This document shows, one piece after another, positions 31,380 to 40,400 of a stretch of DNA of 64,000 nucleotides (position 1 is its first letter; each line of letters starts with the position of its first letter). The stretch covers positions 37,522 to 101,521 of the forward strand of contig SDNP01000005.1 in assembly GCA_004524445.1 (NCBI GenBank), given 5' to 3'. A model generated the notes under the pieces. That model was given only the letters and a program-made list of their open reading frames with translations, was not told the DNA's origin and searched no databases. Source of the DNA: Candidatus Thorarchaeota archaeon. Its GTDB lineage: Archaea; Asgardarchaeota; Thorarchaeia; Thorarchaeales; Thorarchaeaceae. Both the position numbers and the translations under genes were made by a program.

Positions 31380-31888
31380 AGCTCGTCTTCAACTAGTTCG
31401 TCTTCACAGAGATTCTTTCTCATCACAACGATTTCTTCGCCCTCTCGCTTTGTCTTCCCAACTTCCTCGTAGCCCATGTTTTTGTAGAAGTCTTTCTGCT
31501 GTTCAATGGCACCATATACATCGATTTCAATACAGGATGCATTTGAATGCTCCAATAGATTTTCTCCGTATTCAACCAACAGGGTACCAATGCGACGTTT
31601 CCGATATTCAGGACGAACTGCTACCCGACTAATCACTCCCACGCCACCACGGAGCTCGACTCTCATCACTCCCACGATTTTATTTCCCATCAAAGCTACA
31701 TACTGATTGCCAACCTGAATCATCCGTGCAATTTTATCAAGCCCTTCCTTCAATGCACCAGGTTGACGTGATAGTTGCTTCTTAACACCGGCGTAGGCTT
31801 CTTTTATAATCTCCTTGACATCATCTACTTCACTAAGTTCAGCTCTACGTATCGTAACCTCGGCGTAATTATAAATGGTTATTACCAC
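31376..31888 (-). CDS. GNAT family N-acetyltransferase
   Basis: VAVRPEYRKRRIGTLL, FYKNMGY; start uncertain (GTG 31888 or upstream). Confidence 0.88.
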   Translation of the reverse strand: MVITIYNYAEVTIRRAELSEVDDVKEIIKEAYAGVKKQLSRQPGALKEGLDKIARMIQVGNQYVALMGNKIVGVMRVELRGGVGVISRVAVRPEYRKRRIGTLLVEYGENLLEHSNASCIEIDVYGAIEQQKDFYKNMGYEEVGKTKREGEEIVVMRKNLCEDELVEDEL

Positions 31889-31955
31889 CTGATTCTTCTT
31901 GAAACAATAGTATGGCATATTGACATATATCATTATGGCATGCTACAAGATTAAA

Positions 31956-32492
31956 ATGCGGATTGCTCAAGAATTAGTCGCGCAAAATTGGTTGAAATCA
32001 AAAATTCCGGAAAAGAGAGAATCTGATCAAGAATGGATTAGAGAAACAATCCAACTCGAGTGGCATTCAGACATGGTAGTAATTAAAGGCAAAGAAATCT
32101 AACCAGCAGAGTTTGATGCATTAATCGCATTGAGGGACTCAAAAAGACTGGGGCTCCTAGCGTACCGGTTTGTTGATACAGAGTGTGAAATACTCACCCT
32201 GAATACAATCTTGAAGCGGCAACGTGTTGGCTCAAATCTCATGAGTTACTCAGAGGACAAGGTCCTCCGGAAGGGCTGCAAAGCGCTGTCCGTAATAACG
32301 ACTAATGATAACTTGGAGGCATTAGCCTTCTATCAGCAACTCAGATTATAAATAACCAGCATTCGGGTGAATGCTATGGAATACGCCCGAAAGAAAAGAA
32401 CATCAATCCCCAAAATAGGCCTGCATCAGCTACTTATTCGGGATGACATTGTACCGAAAAGGGACCTTCCAAAAGGGAATGATCAGGCATAA
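31956..32492 (+). pseudogene. GNAT acetyltransferase pseudogene
   Basis: One frame interrupted by TAA at 32100 and 32349: ...KGKEI*PAEFD...CEILTLN...ITTNDNLEALAFYQQLRL*...IPKIG...IRDD. Confidence 0.8.
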
Positions 32493-32581
32493 TCTTCGTT
32501 TTGCGCGTGAAACCATGATTCTTAATTCTAGTACGTAGTTTTAATAGAGGAATGTTCTCCCTAATTACAGGGTGTCCCAAT

Positions 32582-32728
32582 ATGGAAGACGGCAAAGATG
32601 AGGAAGTTGTTGAATCTAAGAAACTTACAAAGAAGGATAAGCAAGAGATACAGGAAGGTGCATGTGTCAATTGCATGATTGCAGCGCTGATTCTCATGTT
32701 CCTTTCAGCACTCACACTCTTTCTCTAG
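32582..32728 (+). CDS. 48-aa single-TM protein (not in ORF track)
   Basis: MEDGKDEEVVESKKLTKKDKQEIQEGACVNCMIAALILMFLSALTLFL*; GGGTG SD upstream; ends 12 nt before the next gene. Confidence 0.6.
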   Translation: MEDGKDEEVVESKKLTKKDKQEIQEGACVNCMIAALILMFLSALTLFL

Positions 32729-32740
32729 GTGCAGTTTTGA

Positions 32741-33118
32741 ATGACATTTCTCATTGACCCTTTCCTGCTCATAGGGCTAACAATCCTATCAATGAGAATG
32801 GGACAAAAGGCAAAGCCACAAGATCCAAGAAGGATAGGGAAGCTATTATCTCTTTTTTCCCTTGTTGTGATTATATTCACGAGTACATCATTGTATAATA
32901 ATGGGTGGTGGATGGATTGGTTTTGGATCCCACTTCAACCGTATGCTACATCGGGTAAGGACCTCATGATTAATTCGGGTATTTTCGCCTTTGAGTCACA
33001 AAACACCCAAGGATTGATTGATTTTTTGGCGTATCTGCAGATTGCCCTCTATCCGCTCTGGTCATTCGTTGGATACTCTCTGTATCAACGTTTCATGAAT
33101 AGAAATAGCCGAAGATAG
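32741..33118 (+). CDS. small membrane protein (about 3 TM)
   Basis: Hydrophobic segments, AGGTG SD, Trp-rich loop. Confidence 0.75.
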   Translation: MTFLIDPFLLIGLTILSMRMGQKAKPQDPRRIGKLLSLFSLVVIIFTSTSLYNNGWWMDWFWIPLQPYATSGKDLMINSGIFAFESQNTQGLIDFLAYLQIALYPLWSFVGYSLYQRFMNRNSRR

Positions 33119-33231
33119 AAATTCATGGACATGTCCGTCAATTTCGATAATTGCTCTTCTGAATAGGACCACATATCGGGTCAATATGAACCTAGTCCAT
33201 CATGCAATGCAACCTAATTGAGATAGCAATA

Positions 33232-33256
33232 AATACGTAAAAGTGTTATATGTATT
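33232..33256. promoter_or_regulatory. candidate operator (imperfect inverted repeat over a TATA-like box)
   Basis: AATACGTAAAA-GTG-TTATATGTATT, 9/11 symmetric, about 36 nt upstream of the HTH regulator gene. Confidence 0.4.
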
Positions 33257-33292
33257 AAATAATATCATCAAAATAATTGGCAAATTACCACG

Positions 33293-33784
33293 GTGACTAT
33301 ATTGGAGAATTTCCAGGAATTATTGACTTCACCCTTAACGCGGCTATTTGAGAAACTGGCTATTTGGGTCGGTCTCTCAGTGAACGCAGCTCCCGTCTTG
33401 ATGGTTCTTTTCATAGAGGAATACCGGAATGGGAATCGCCTCAGTTCAGAGGATATATGTCAAGCAACAGGATATTCTCGAGCGAATGCAGGGCTAATCA
33501 TATCCCAACTAGAGGCGATAAGAATTATAGACGGGCAAAGAGACTTCAGTCAGACAGGAAGAGGGCGCAAACGTGTACTGTATCAACTAAGTGTTGATTT
33601 GGATGAATTTTTCGCGCTGGGATTCAAAGGTATTCTCAATCAGCTAGAAACCATGATGAACCAAGTTACCTCCATTCAGGAGTCCCAGGGTTTTGATATT
33701 AAGGGAATGAACAGAATGCTGGCTGAGATGAAATCTGAAATACAAAAAAGCCTTGAAAGATTTACGGTAACAAAACCAACTTAA
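33293..33784 (+). CDS. GbsR/MarR-like winged-helix transcriptional regulator
   Basis: LSSEDICQATGYSRANAGLIISQLE...GRKRVLY wHTH plus coiled C-terminus. Confidence 0.8.
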   Translation: MTILENFQELLTSPLTRLFEKLAIWVGLSVNAAPVLMVLFIEEYRNGNRLSSEDICQATGYSRANAGLIISQLEAIRIIDGQRDFSQTGRGRKRVLYQLSVDLDEFFALGFKGILNQLETMMNQVTSIQESQGFDIKGMNRMLAEMKSEIQKSLERFTVTKPT

Positions 33785-33792
33785 TAGAAATG

Positions 33793-33817
33793 AAGAAAGA
33801 GGAGTAGTCGACTCCTC
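33793..33817 (-). terminator. hairpin plus pyrimidine tract terminator
   Basis: GAGGAGT-agtcg-ACTCCTC stem with a purine run on the + strand, between convergent genes. Confidence 0.5.
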
Positions 33818-33828
33818 AATCTAGTTTC

Positions 33829-35223
33829 CTATTCTTCGTCCTCTTCTTCGTCCTTCTCACCGAAACGCTTGGCTTTACCAAGTCTTCGGCCCTTTCCTAC
33901 GGAGAGTCTATCGGGGTCAGGTGCAGACAAGTCATATCCAGGTCTACCCTCTTCTATGCCTTTGGCTTTTTCCGAGGGCCATGTTTCATCAGGATCGGGA
34001 GTAGCCTCTGCAATGTCTTCATCAACTTCTTCAGGAGCAAAAGTCCTTCCCTCTCGTCTAGCCCTATCAACTATTCGTTCCATTCTCTCAGTCCTTAAGT
34101 AATATAGAAGGGAGAAGATTGCAGCTAGCGGAAAAGCTGTCAGTTTGGCTACATCTCTGAAGACCCATGCAAAATCACTTTCCAGCGCCAGACTCAGCCA
34201 CTGTCCGACTAATGCGGCGTCATAACCAGCAAGTGAGATCATACTATCCACGAAGAAGAATCCACTGGCTAAGAAAAATGTTAGAACTGGACCAAGGTCT
34301 CTAACCCTACTCCGTGATTCTTCGATGCCCTCAGTTATGGTTCGACCGATTCCACTAAGAGCATAAATCAGGAAAAAGACGGTCATTATGACATCAGTGG
34401 GATAGAGGGAAGCAGCTCCGGTTCTTCTCATTACATTAACCAAGAAATATCCAGAATAGATTGCGATGAAGAGAGTCAACAAGGCGATGTTTAGTGCGGC
34501 TCCCTTACCTGCGTACCTGAAGAACGAAAACAATGCTACTACAGCGAAAAGCCCCATCATTGCATAGGCAACCAGTAGAGATGTAGATTGACCTGTTAGG
34601 TTTGCCACTGCCTCGGCAAAAATAGGTGTCACCAAATCAGCTGCACCAAAGAGATTGTTTGGAATAATGTAGAGAGCAAGTAGTGCTTCGGCAGCAATTA
34701 GACCCAATCCAATAATCAGCACTATGAAACTCCCAAGACCTATGGCAATCCCGCCCTTCTTGGGTTCCTTGATTGATGCGAGTCTCAGGCTGGTTCTTGC
34801 CGAGAGATATGCCTGAAAGGCTATCCAGCCGAGCCAGCAGAAGACTGCGAAGAAGAACAATGCAGATGTGCCAAGTAAAAGTGAGGAGAATACTGCGATG
34901 GCAAATGAAACTGCAAGCCATGCCACACCTTTGAGTTCGGTGACTCTTCCTCTACCACGTCTAGTGATCCATACCTTTTCCAAGTTCAATGCCATGAACA
35001 GAGAGCCTAATCCAAAGTATATGGTTCCAGTCGCCCCTACGTACGCAAATACATTCAGTAAGATTGGAGCCAATGGAGTTCCTATACTGTAGGAAAGTAT
35101 CCACGCAAAGAAATAGGATACAAATATTGAAGCAACAAAAATGGTCAGATAGGCAACATATCTTCTGGTCTTGAAGAACACCTTCAAGCCTTCACCGATT
35201 GCAGATAAAATGGGAATTTCCAC
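33829..35223 (-). CDS. polytopic membrane protein (about 10-11 TM) with acidic C-tail
   Basis: Many hydrophobic helices; GGAGG SD before GTG. Confidence 0.82.
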   Translation of the reverse strand: MEIPILSAIGEGLKVFFKTRRYVAYLTIFVASIFVSYFFAWILSYSIGTPLAPILLNVFAYVGATGTIYFGLGSLFMALNLEKVWITRRGRGRVTELKGVAWLAVSFAIAVFSSLLLGTSALFFFAVFCWLGWIAFQAYLSARTSLRLASIKEPKKGGIAIGLGSFIVLIIGLGLIAAEALLALYIIPNNLFGAADLVTPIFAEAVANLTGQSTSLLVAYAMMGLFAVVALFSFFRYAGKGAALNIALLTLFIAIYSGYFLVNVMRRTGAASLYPTDVIMTVFFLIYALSGIGRTITEGIEESRSRVRDLGPVLTFFLASGFFFVDSMISLAGYDAALVGQWLSLALESDFAWVFRDVAKLTAFPLAAIFSLLYYLRTERMERIVDRARREGRTFAPEEVDEDIAEATPDPDETWPSEKAKGIEEGRPGYDLSAPDPDRLSVGKGRRLGKAKRFGEKDEEEDEE

Positions 35224-35457
35224 GCTTTTTCCTCCCTATTAGTTACCTTCTCTACAAGCTGCATGAATTTAAGGTTTGCAGGGGTTAGCTCATTTCAAAT
35301 CGTTCTTAGTCCATAAATGCAACTTGCTCGCTTTATTCTGGCTGCTATTGGAGAAACCACTCTCTCGGTACAAAATATTATGATGAATCATCCAAATGAC
35401 AGTGCCAAATTTGCTTCGTTAGAATAGATTTAATAAGAAGAGACCAGAAGCAAATAT

Positions 35458-35550
35458 TGTGGTCTGCGACCGATGGGGCCTAGTTTTCGTAACATGCCCT
35501 CATTACATAACTCCCCCCTCCTACCACGACTCCATTCGTCGCCGGCCACA
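35458..35550. mobile_element. 93-bp element with imperfect TGT...ACA terminal inverted repeats (MITE-like or structured repeat)
   Basis: Left TGTGGTCTGCGACCGATGGGG versus reverse complement of right end TGTGGCCGGCGACGAATGGAG (16/21 identical); no TSD seen. Confidence 0.45.
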
Positions 35551-35551
35551 C
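35528..35551 (+). repeat. 24-bp direct repeat, copy 1
   Basis: GACTCCATTCGTCGCCGGCCACAC; 23/24 identical to 37327-37350. Confidence 0.85.
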
Positions 35552-35802
35552 CTTTCGGGGAGGTTTTTACGAAGGGTCTTTCACTAATCAATCCAATGTT
35601 TACTTCTCATTCCTCTCTCCTCTCCTATTCCTAACTGTGATAAGATATGAACACATGCATTAGGATGCGAATGAATAACATAGAGTAGCTCTTTGTAAAC
35701 CAGAGTTTCCAGAAATGGAAAAACGCCCCGAATCTTCTAGGGCGAGAATTCCTCTTCCAGTTCATCCACTGGCCAAGACTGGGAGCTCCTGAGGTTATAA
35801 TA

Positions 35803-36051
35803 TTGGATAAGATTACACGAAAAGTGATTACCGCTTTGGTGTGTATTGCATTACTCGTATGAGGTCTAGCGAACTTCTCCACAGTCCATACTCCACACGG
35901 AGCCGTAGACTGCTATGGAACGTTCTATATCATGGGTAACAACCCAGCCACATGCACGGGTTCGGTTTCTATTTTTGACTCAGCTGGCGTGCTGATAGAC
36001 CCCAATTCCGTGACACATGCTTCGAGTCTTATCCTCCGCCTGCAAAGATAG
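35803..36051 (+). pseudogene. remnant of a secreted-protein gene
   Basis: GAGGT SD, TTG, signal-peptide-like MDKITRKVITALVCIALLV, in-frame TGA at 35860, then runs into the 3' end of the convergent SAMP gene. Confidence 0.35.
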
Positions 36052-36319
36052 GTAGAATGTCAATCTGGTCGCCGTCACCGACGAGTGTGTCCAAGCCCTG
36101 CATCTGAAGAATAGGCACATCATTGACACTAACAACAACCTCGCCGTTCATCTCTCCTTTCTCCGGGTCGTAGATGTATGATTTGAAGATCTGATCGTGT
36201 TTGTCTACTAGGTGGGCAAATAGGTCCCTAATCTTGGCTCCGCTAGAAAGCTCCACTGAGTCATTTGTAGTTTGAAACTTCGAAGCGAGGATCCCGAAGT
36301 AGTTGACAATAATGCTCAA
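36029..36319 (-). CDS. MoaD/ThiS/SAMP ubiquitin-like beta-grasp protein
   Basis: VNYFGIL...VSVND...GLDT..DGDQIDILPIFAGGG*; AGGTGA SD before TTG 36319. Confidence 0.9.
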   Translation of the reverse strand: MSIIVNYFGILASKFQTTNDSVELSSGAKIRDLFAHLVDKHDQIFKSYIYDPEKGEMNGEVVVSVNDVPILQMQGLDTLVGDGDQIDILPIFAGGG

Positions 36320-36440
36320 TAGATCACCTGTGTACAATCTAGAGGGCTATGAACCGTTTTTTAACATTTTGACTGTGGCCAGGTTCCTTGGACAATTCCT
36401 ATATTGAACTGCAACACAATGAGTTGTAGGTAGAGATAAC

Positions 36441-37184
36441 ATGAACACGTCGCTTTCGGACTCTGAACTCACAAGATATGACCGTCAGATGATGATTCCG
36501 GACTGGGGAAAAGATGGACAAAAGAAGCTCAAAGAGGCGACAGTGCTGGTTGCTGGAACCGGAGGTCTTGGATGTCCTGTATCACTCTATTTGGCTGCAG
36601 CGGGTGTCGGGCGGCTTGTCCTAGTGGATAAGGATAAGTTTGAGCTTAGCAATCTGAATCGTCAGATTCTCGGCTGGCAGGAGAATATTGGTCAAGCCAA
36701 GGCTGAAGCAGTTGCCAAGAAACTGGTTGCTCTGAATCCGAACGTAAAGATTGATGCCCATGCGACCACAATCAGGGAAGACAACGTTGCTGAGCTTCTC
36801 AACGGTGCCAATGTAGTGGTCGACGCGATGGACAACTGGACGACTCGATTCCTATTGAACCAAGAATGCGTCAACCAAGACAAGCCTCTTGTCCATGCAG
36901 GAATCTATGGACTGAACGGCCAAGTCACAACAATAATTCCTCGGAAAGGACCATGTCTTCGATGTATTCTACCTGACACCCCAAGGGAGATTTCCACATT
37001 TCCAGTCATCGGGGCAACTCCGGGTCTATTCGCTATGCTGCAAGTCATGGAGGTCCTGAAACTGATAGTTGGATTCGGAGAAACACTGGTGGGTCGGTTG
37101 TTGCTCTTTGATGGTGAGCGTATGGACTATGCTTCAACATCTGTGCAACGCAGGAACAACTGTCCTGTCTGTTCGGATATTTAG
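36441..37184 (+). CDS. ThiF/MoeB/UbaA E1-like adenylyltransferase
   Basis: RYDRQ, GTGGLG, SNLNRQ, DAMDN..TR, Zn motifs CLRC and CPVC. Confidence 0.93.
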   Translation: MNTSLSDSELTRYDRQMMIPDWGKDGQKKLKEATVLVAGTGGLGCPVSLYLAAAGVGRLVLVDKDKFELSNLNRQILGWQENIGQAKAEAVAKKLVALNPNVKIDAHATTIREDNVAELLNGANVVVDAMDNWTTRFLLNQECVNQDKPLVHAGIYGLNGQVTTIIPRKGPCLRCILPDTPREISTFPVIGATPGLFAMLQVMEVLKLIVGFGETLVGRLLLFDGERMDYASTSVQRRNNCPVCSDI

Positions 37185-37326
37185 TAGCGACTTAGTCGGC
37201 GGAGGGTCCCGACTTGGTTCTGGACTGTCGAAATTCAATCCATATTTGTTCGTCATGACCATCAGATAGGTTAAGTAGGAGTCGAGGGTCTGAGGCGTTC
37301 TTTCAATGGTCGAATTGCAGACCCAA

Positions 37327-37350
37327 GACTCCATTCGTCGCCGGTCACAC
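37327..37350 (+). repeat. 24-bp direct repeat, copy 2
   Basis: GACTCCATTCGTCGCCGGTCACAC; weaker similarity to copy 1 continues to TTACTTCTCA at 37401-37410. Confidence 0.85.
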
Positions 37351-37438
37351 ATTCTAACACGAGATGCTTACGTGAAGGTCTATGTTCTTCTCCTGAAATC
37401 TTACTTCTCAAATACCGCGAGGCACTTGGGCTTGTGTT

Positions 37439-40400
37439 TTACGATCCGGGTCGTTTCCGCATAGCGACTATAATGACAGCAATGACCACAACACCGGAAA
37501 CACCCGCAATCATAAGGGTCATCGGAGAGAGCCCTTCAGGAGGTGGAATAGTGGTTGTTGTCGTAGTAGTGCTGGTAGTTGTAGACGTACCTGTCGTCGT
37601 GCTGGAGGATTCAGCGTTGACTGTTACAATGACTGTGTCAGATGCTTTGTTGCCGGCCACATCTTCCACAGAGATTGTATAATTGTATACTCCCTCACCT
37701 AGACCATCTACGGAGATTGATATGGGAAGAGAGGCATTATCCCAGCTACCGGACCGAGCCGTTTCGCCATCAAGCAATATGATATAGCTCAACGGATGAT
37801 GGTCAAATGGGGTCCACTCGATTTCATGGCCAGTTTCTCCTTCCGTGTATTCAACGTCAGATGGGCTGTCGATTGTAGGCGACGTGCCATCCACGACAGT
37901 TACCCATACAGTGCTGGCCGCAGAGTTGGAACCAATATCTGTAACAACTATGGTATAATTGTGCACCCCTAGCCCAAGATTATCAACTGAAACCGTGATA
38001 GTTTCTGAACTGGAATTCCACAACCCAGAATGCACTAGGCTTCCATTCCTATAGATACTGTAGCTATCTGGATGATCGTCAGCTGGTGACCATATAATCG
38101 AATGACCTGTGGAGAACTCAATGTATTGGATGCTAGCGGGTAGATCAACAATGGGGACTTCAGCGTCAACAACGGTCACAATTACAGTATCTGCATTCCA
38201 AAGCCCTGCATCATCATAGACCACACATGTGTAATTATATTCACCGAATGCCAAACTATCTAGCGATATATTCACGAACTCAGATGTCGAGTTCCATAGT
38301 CCCGAGTATTGAGAAGCTCCATCAAGGAGAACTTCATAGCTGCTCGGTCGAGCATCGTCTGGACTCCATGCTATCCATTGACCGACTTCGCCTTCATCGA
38401 ATGAAACATCAGCAGGTGAGTCAATCGTAGGAGTTGTAGTGTCTACAACTGTGATGGAGATGGTATCAGACGCATAGTTACCTGCCACATCGTACACAGT
38501 GGCATTGATTGTATGCACTCCAAGATTGAGGACATTTAGATTCAATACGGAACTATAGGGTGCTGTATCGTCCGTATGGAAGAGACTCTGTCCAACGCGG
38601 AATTCTACATAATCGATTCCCGAACCGCTTTCATCATCAACGGTCGTTTCAATAATTGCCATCCCTTCCATTTCTGTGGCATCTGCTGGCGAATTTATGG
38701 TCACTGTGGGGCCAATATCATCACCAATTGTATAGTAATACCAGATACCTCCATTGTCGTCCAAGACACTCATACCTCCATTGTCTATGGCAGTTACTTG
38801 GAACAGAATAGTGGTCATATAGGAGTAGGAAGGAATTACTGCTTGATAGAAACTGCCCATGTCACTTGCGGGAGTAGTTGTCCATTCAGTTCCGTTATAA
38901 TAGTCAACAAAGACCTCACCCATGCCAGTTCGATCATCATGGGCATAGACATCAACTTCCACATCATCATAGTACATTGGTGAAGTTGGTGAGAACGCGA
39001 TGCTATCGATGACTGGGGAAGCACCATCGACAAAATGCATCTCATCAAAGAGGATAGAAGTACGATTACCCGAGTCACTACCAATTCGTAGATATATTTC
39101 AGTGATACTTACGCCATGAGAGAAACCAAAAGCCTCCTCGAAGTCAGCTGTTAGGTTCACATTGAGTTGATTCCAAGATCCTGTTGTATTGAATCGATCT
39201 ACGATAATATCGTGCGCAGTGCTTGCATTGGTGATACTAAATGTAGAACCTGCAGCTAGAATATAGTCCAATCCATATGTATCGAAATGTATTCGAATAT
39301 ATGCAAACGAACCACCAGACCCAATCTCATCAAGCCGCCATGAGAAATTGGTCAAGTCGGAGGGATGCAATGGAACACCAACTTCGCGATAGACGCCAAC
39401 AAAAACCGGGCCTTCTGCGGTCAGGTTGCATGCATGATCTCCTACCAGCGCGTCATTGGTTCTTTGGATTTCTGTAATGTCACCATTGTAATCGTCCCAT
39501 CCAGCGAACGGCGTGCGTGAGTCCATATACCAGTCTTCCTCAAACCCAGGATCACCGAGTGGATAGGTTATGATTTGAAAATCATCTACTAGAAGAAAGA
39601 CTGAGGCACCATCAGCACTGTTTGAGAGAAAGAATCTGAGTTCGTACAATGACACATTCGAGTATCCCACAGAATTCAGATAATCATTCATGTCAATACG
39701 CGTATGTTGCCAAAGATCCTTGTTGCCAAAGCCGGGCATCTCGAAATAATTCGCATTTGTTGTATTAGTGCCTGTCAATATGTCAGACATCGAACCGAAC
39801 TGAATATAGAGATAAAACAAGCCGGTAGCATTCCTAAAGGTTAGACCTAATTCAGCATACTGCATGCTAGGGATGGAGGGCGTATCATTATATTTCCAAT
39901 CCAACTCGAGATACATCATGTCTGGTGATGATGCAAAATAGCCGCCAGGGAAGTCGAAGTTCTTCATTACATTAACAGAACCCGTACCAGATTGATATTC
40001 TGGCACACTCATATTCATTGAATAAGTTTCATGAGTGCTATCAGTACTCTGCTCCAAATATGCCTTTGAACTCCTAGTGGCCCACCAGGGAGATTGGGAG
40101 CCAGTTTCGAAGTTGCCATTACCAATCCATGCAGCGTATGAACCATTTGTCAGCACAACATTATCGAACGCGGCTCGAACAATTCCAACAATTCCTGCAT
40201 TAGAGTAGATGCGAAGTCTTACATATTGTACATATTGAGTGGCTGAGAGATCTCCCTCACCCCAGACGGCAATATAATCTGATGTGATGTTTCTGTCAAA
40301 TGAATTCCACTGATCTATTGTATCGTTCATGTAGAAGTAGGCTTCACGAGTACCATTTGAAGAGGCAGTGTTTCCTGAAAGGACATAGAATAAGTTGCGA

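Noticed and set aside
35860-35862. In-frame TGA as selenocysteine
   Set aside because: It lies within a signal-peptide-like segment of a truncated ORF, not a catalytic position.
35899-35970. Group II intron domain V-like GAGCCGTA
   Set aside because: The rest of the DV hairpin and DVI are absent, and there is no RT.
35528-37350. CRISPR array or canonical integron attC
   Set aside because: Only two copies, 1.8 kb apart; no cas or intI; no paired RYYYAAC/GTTRRRY cores.
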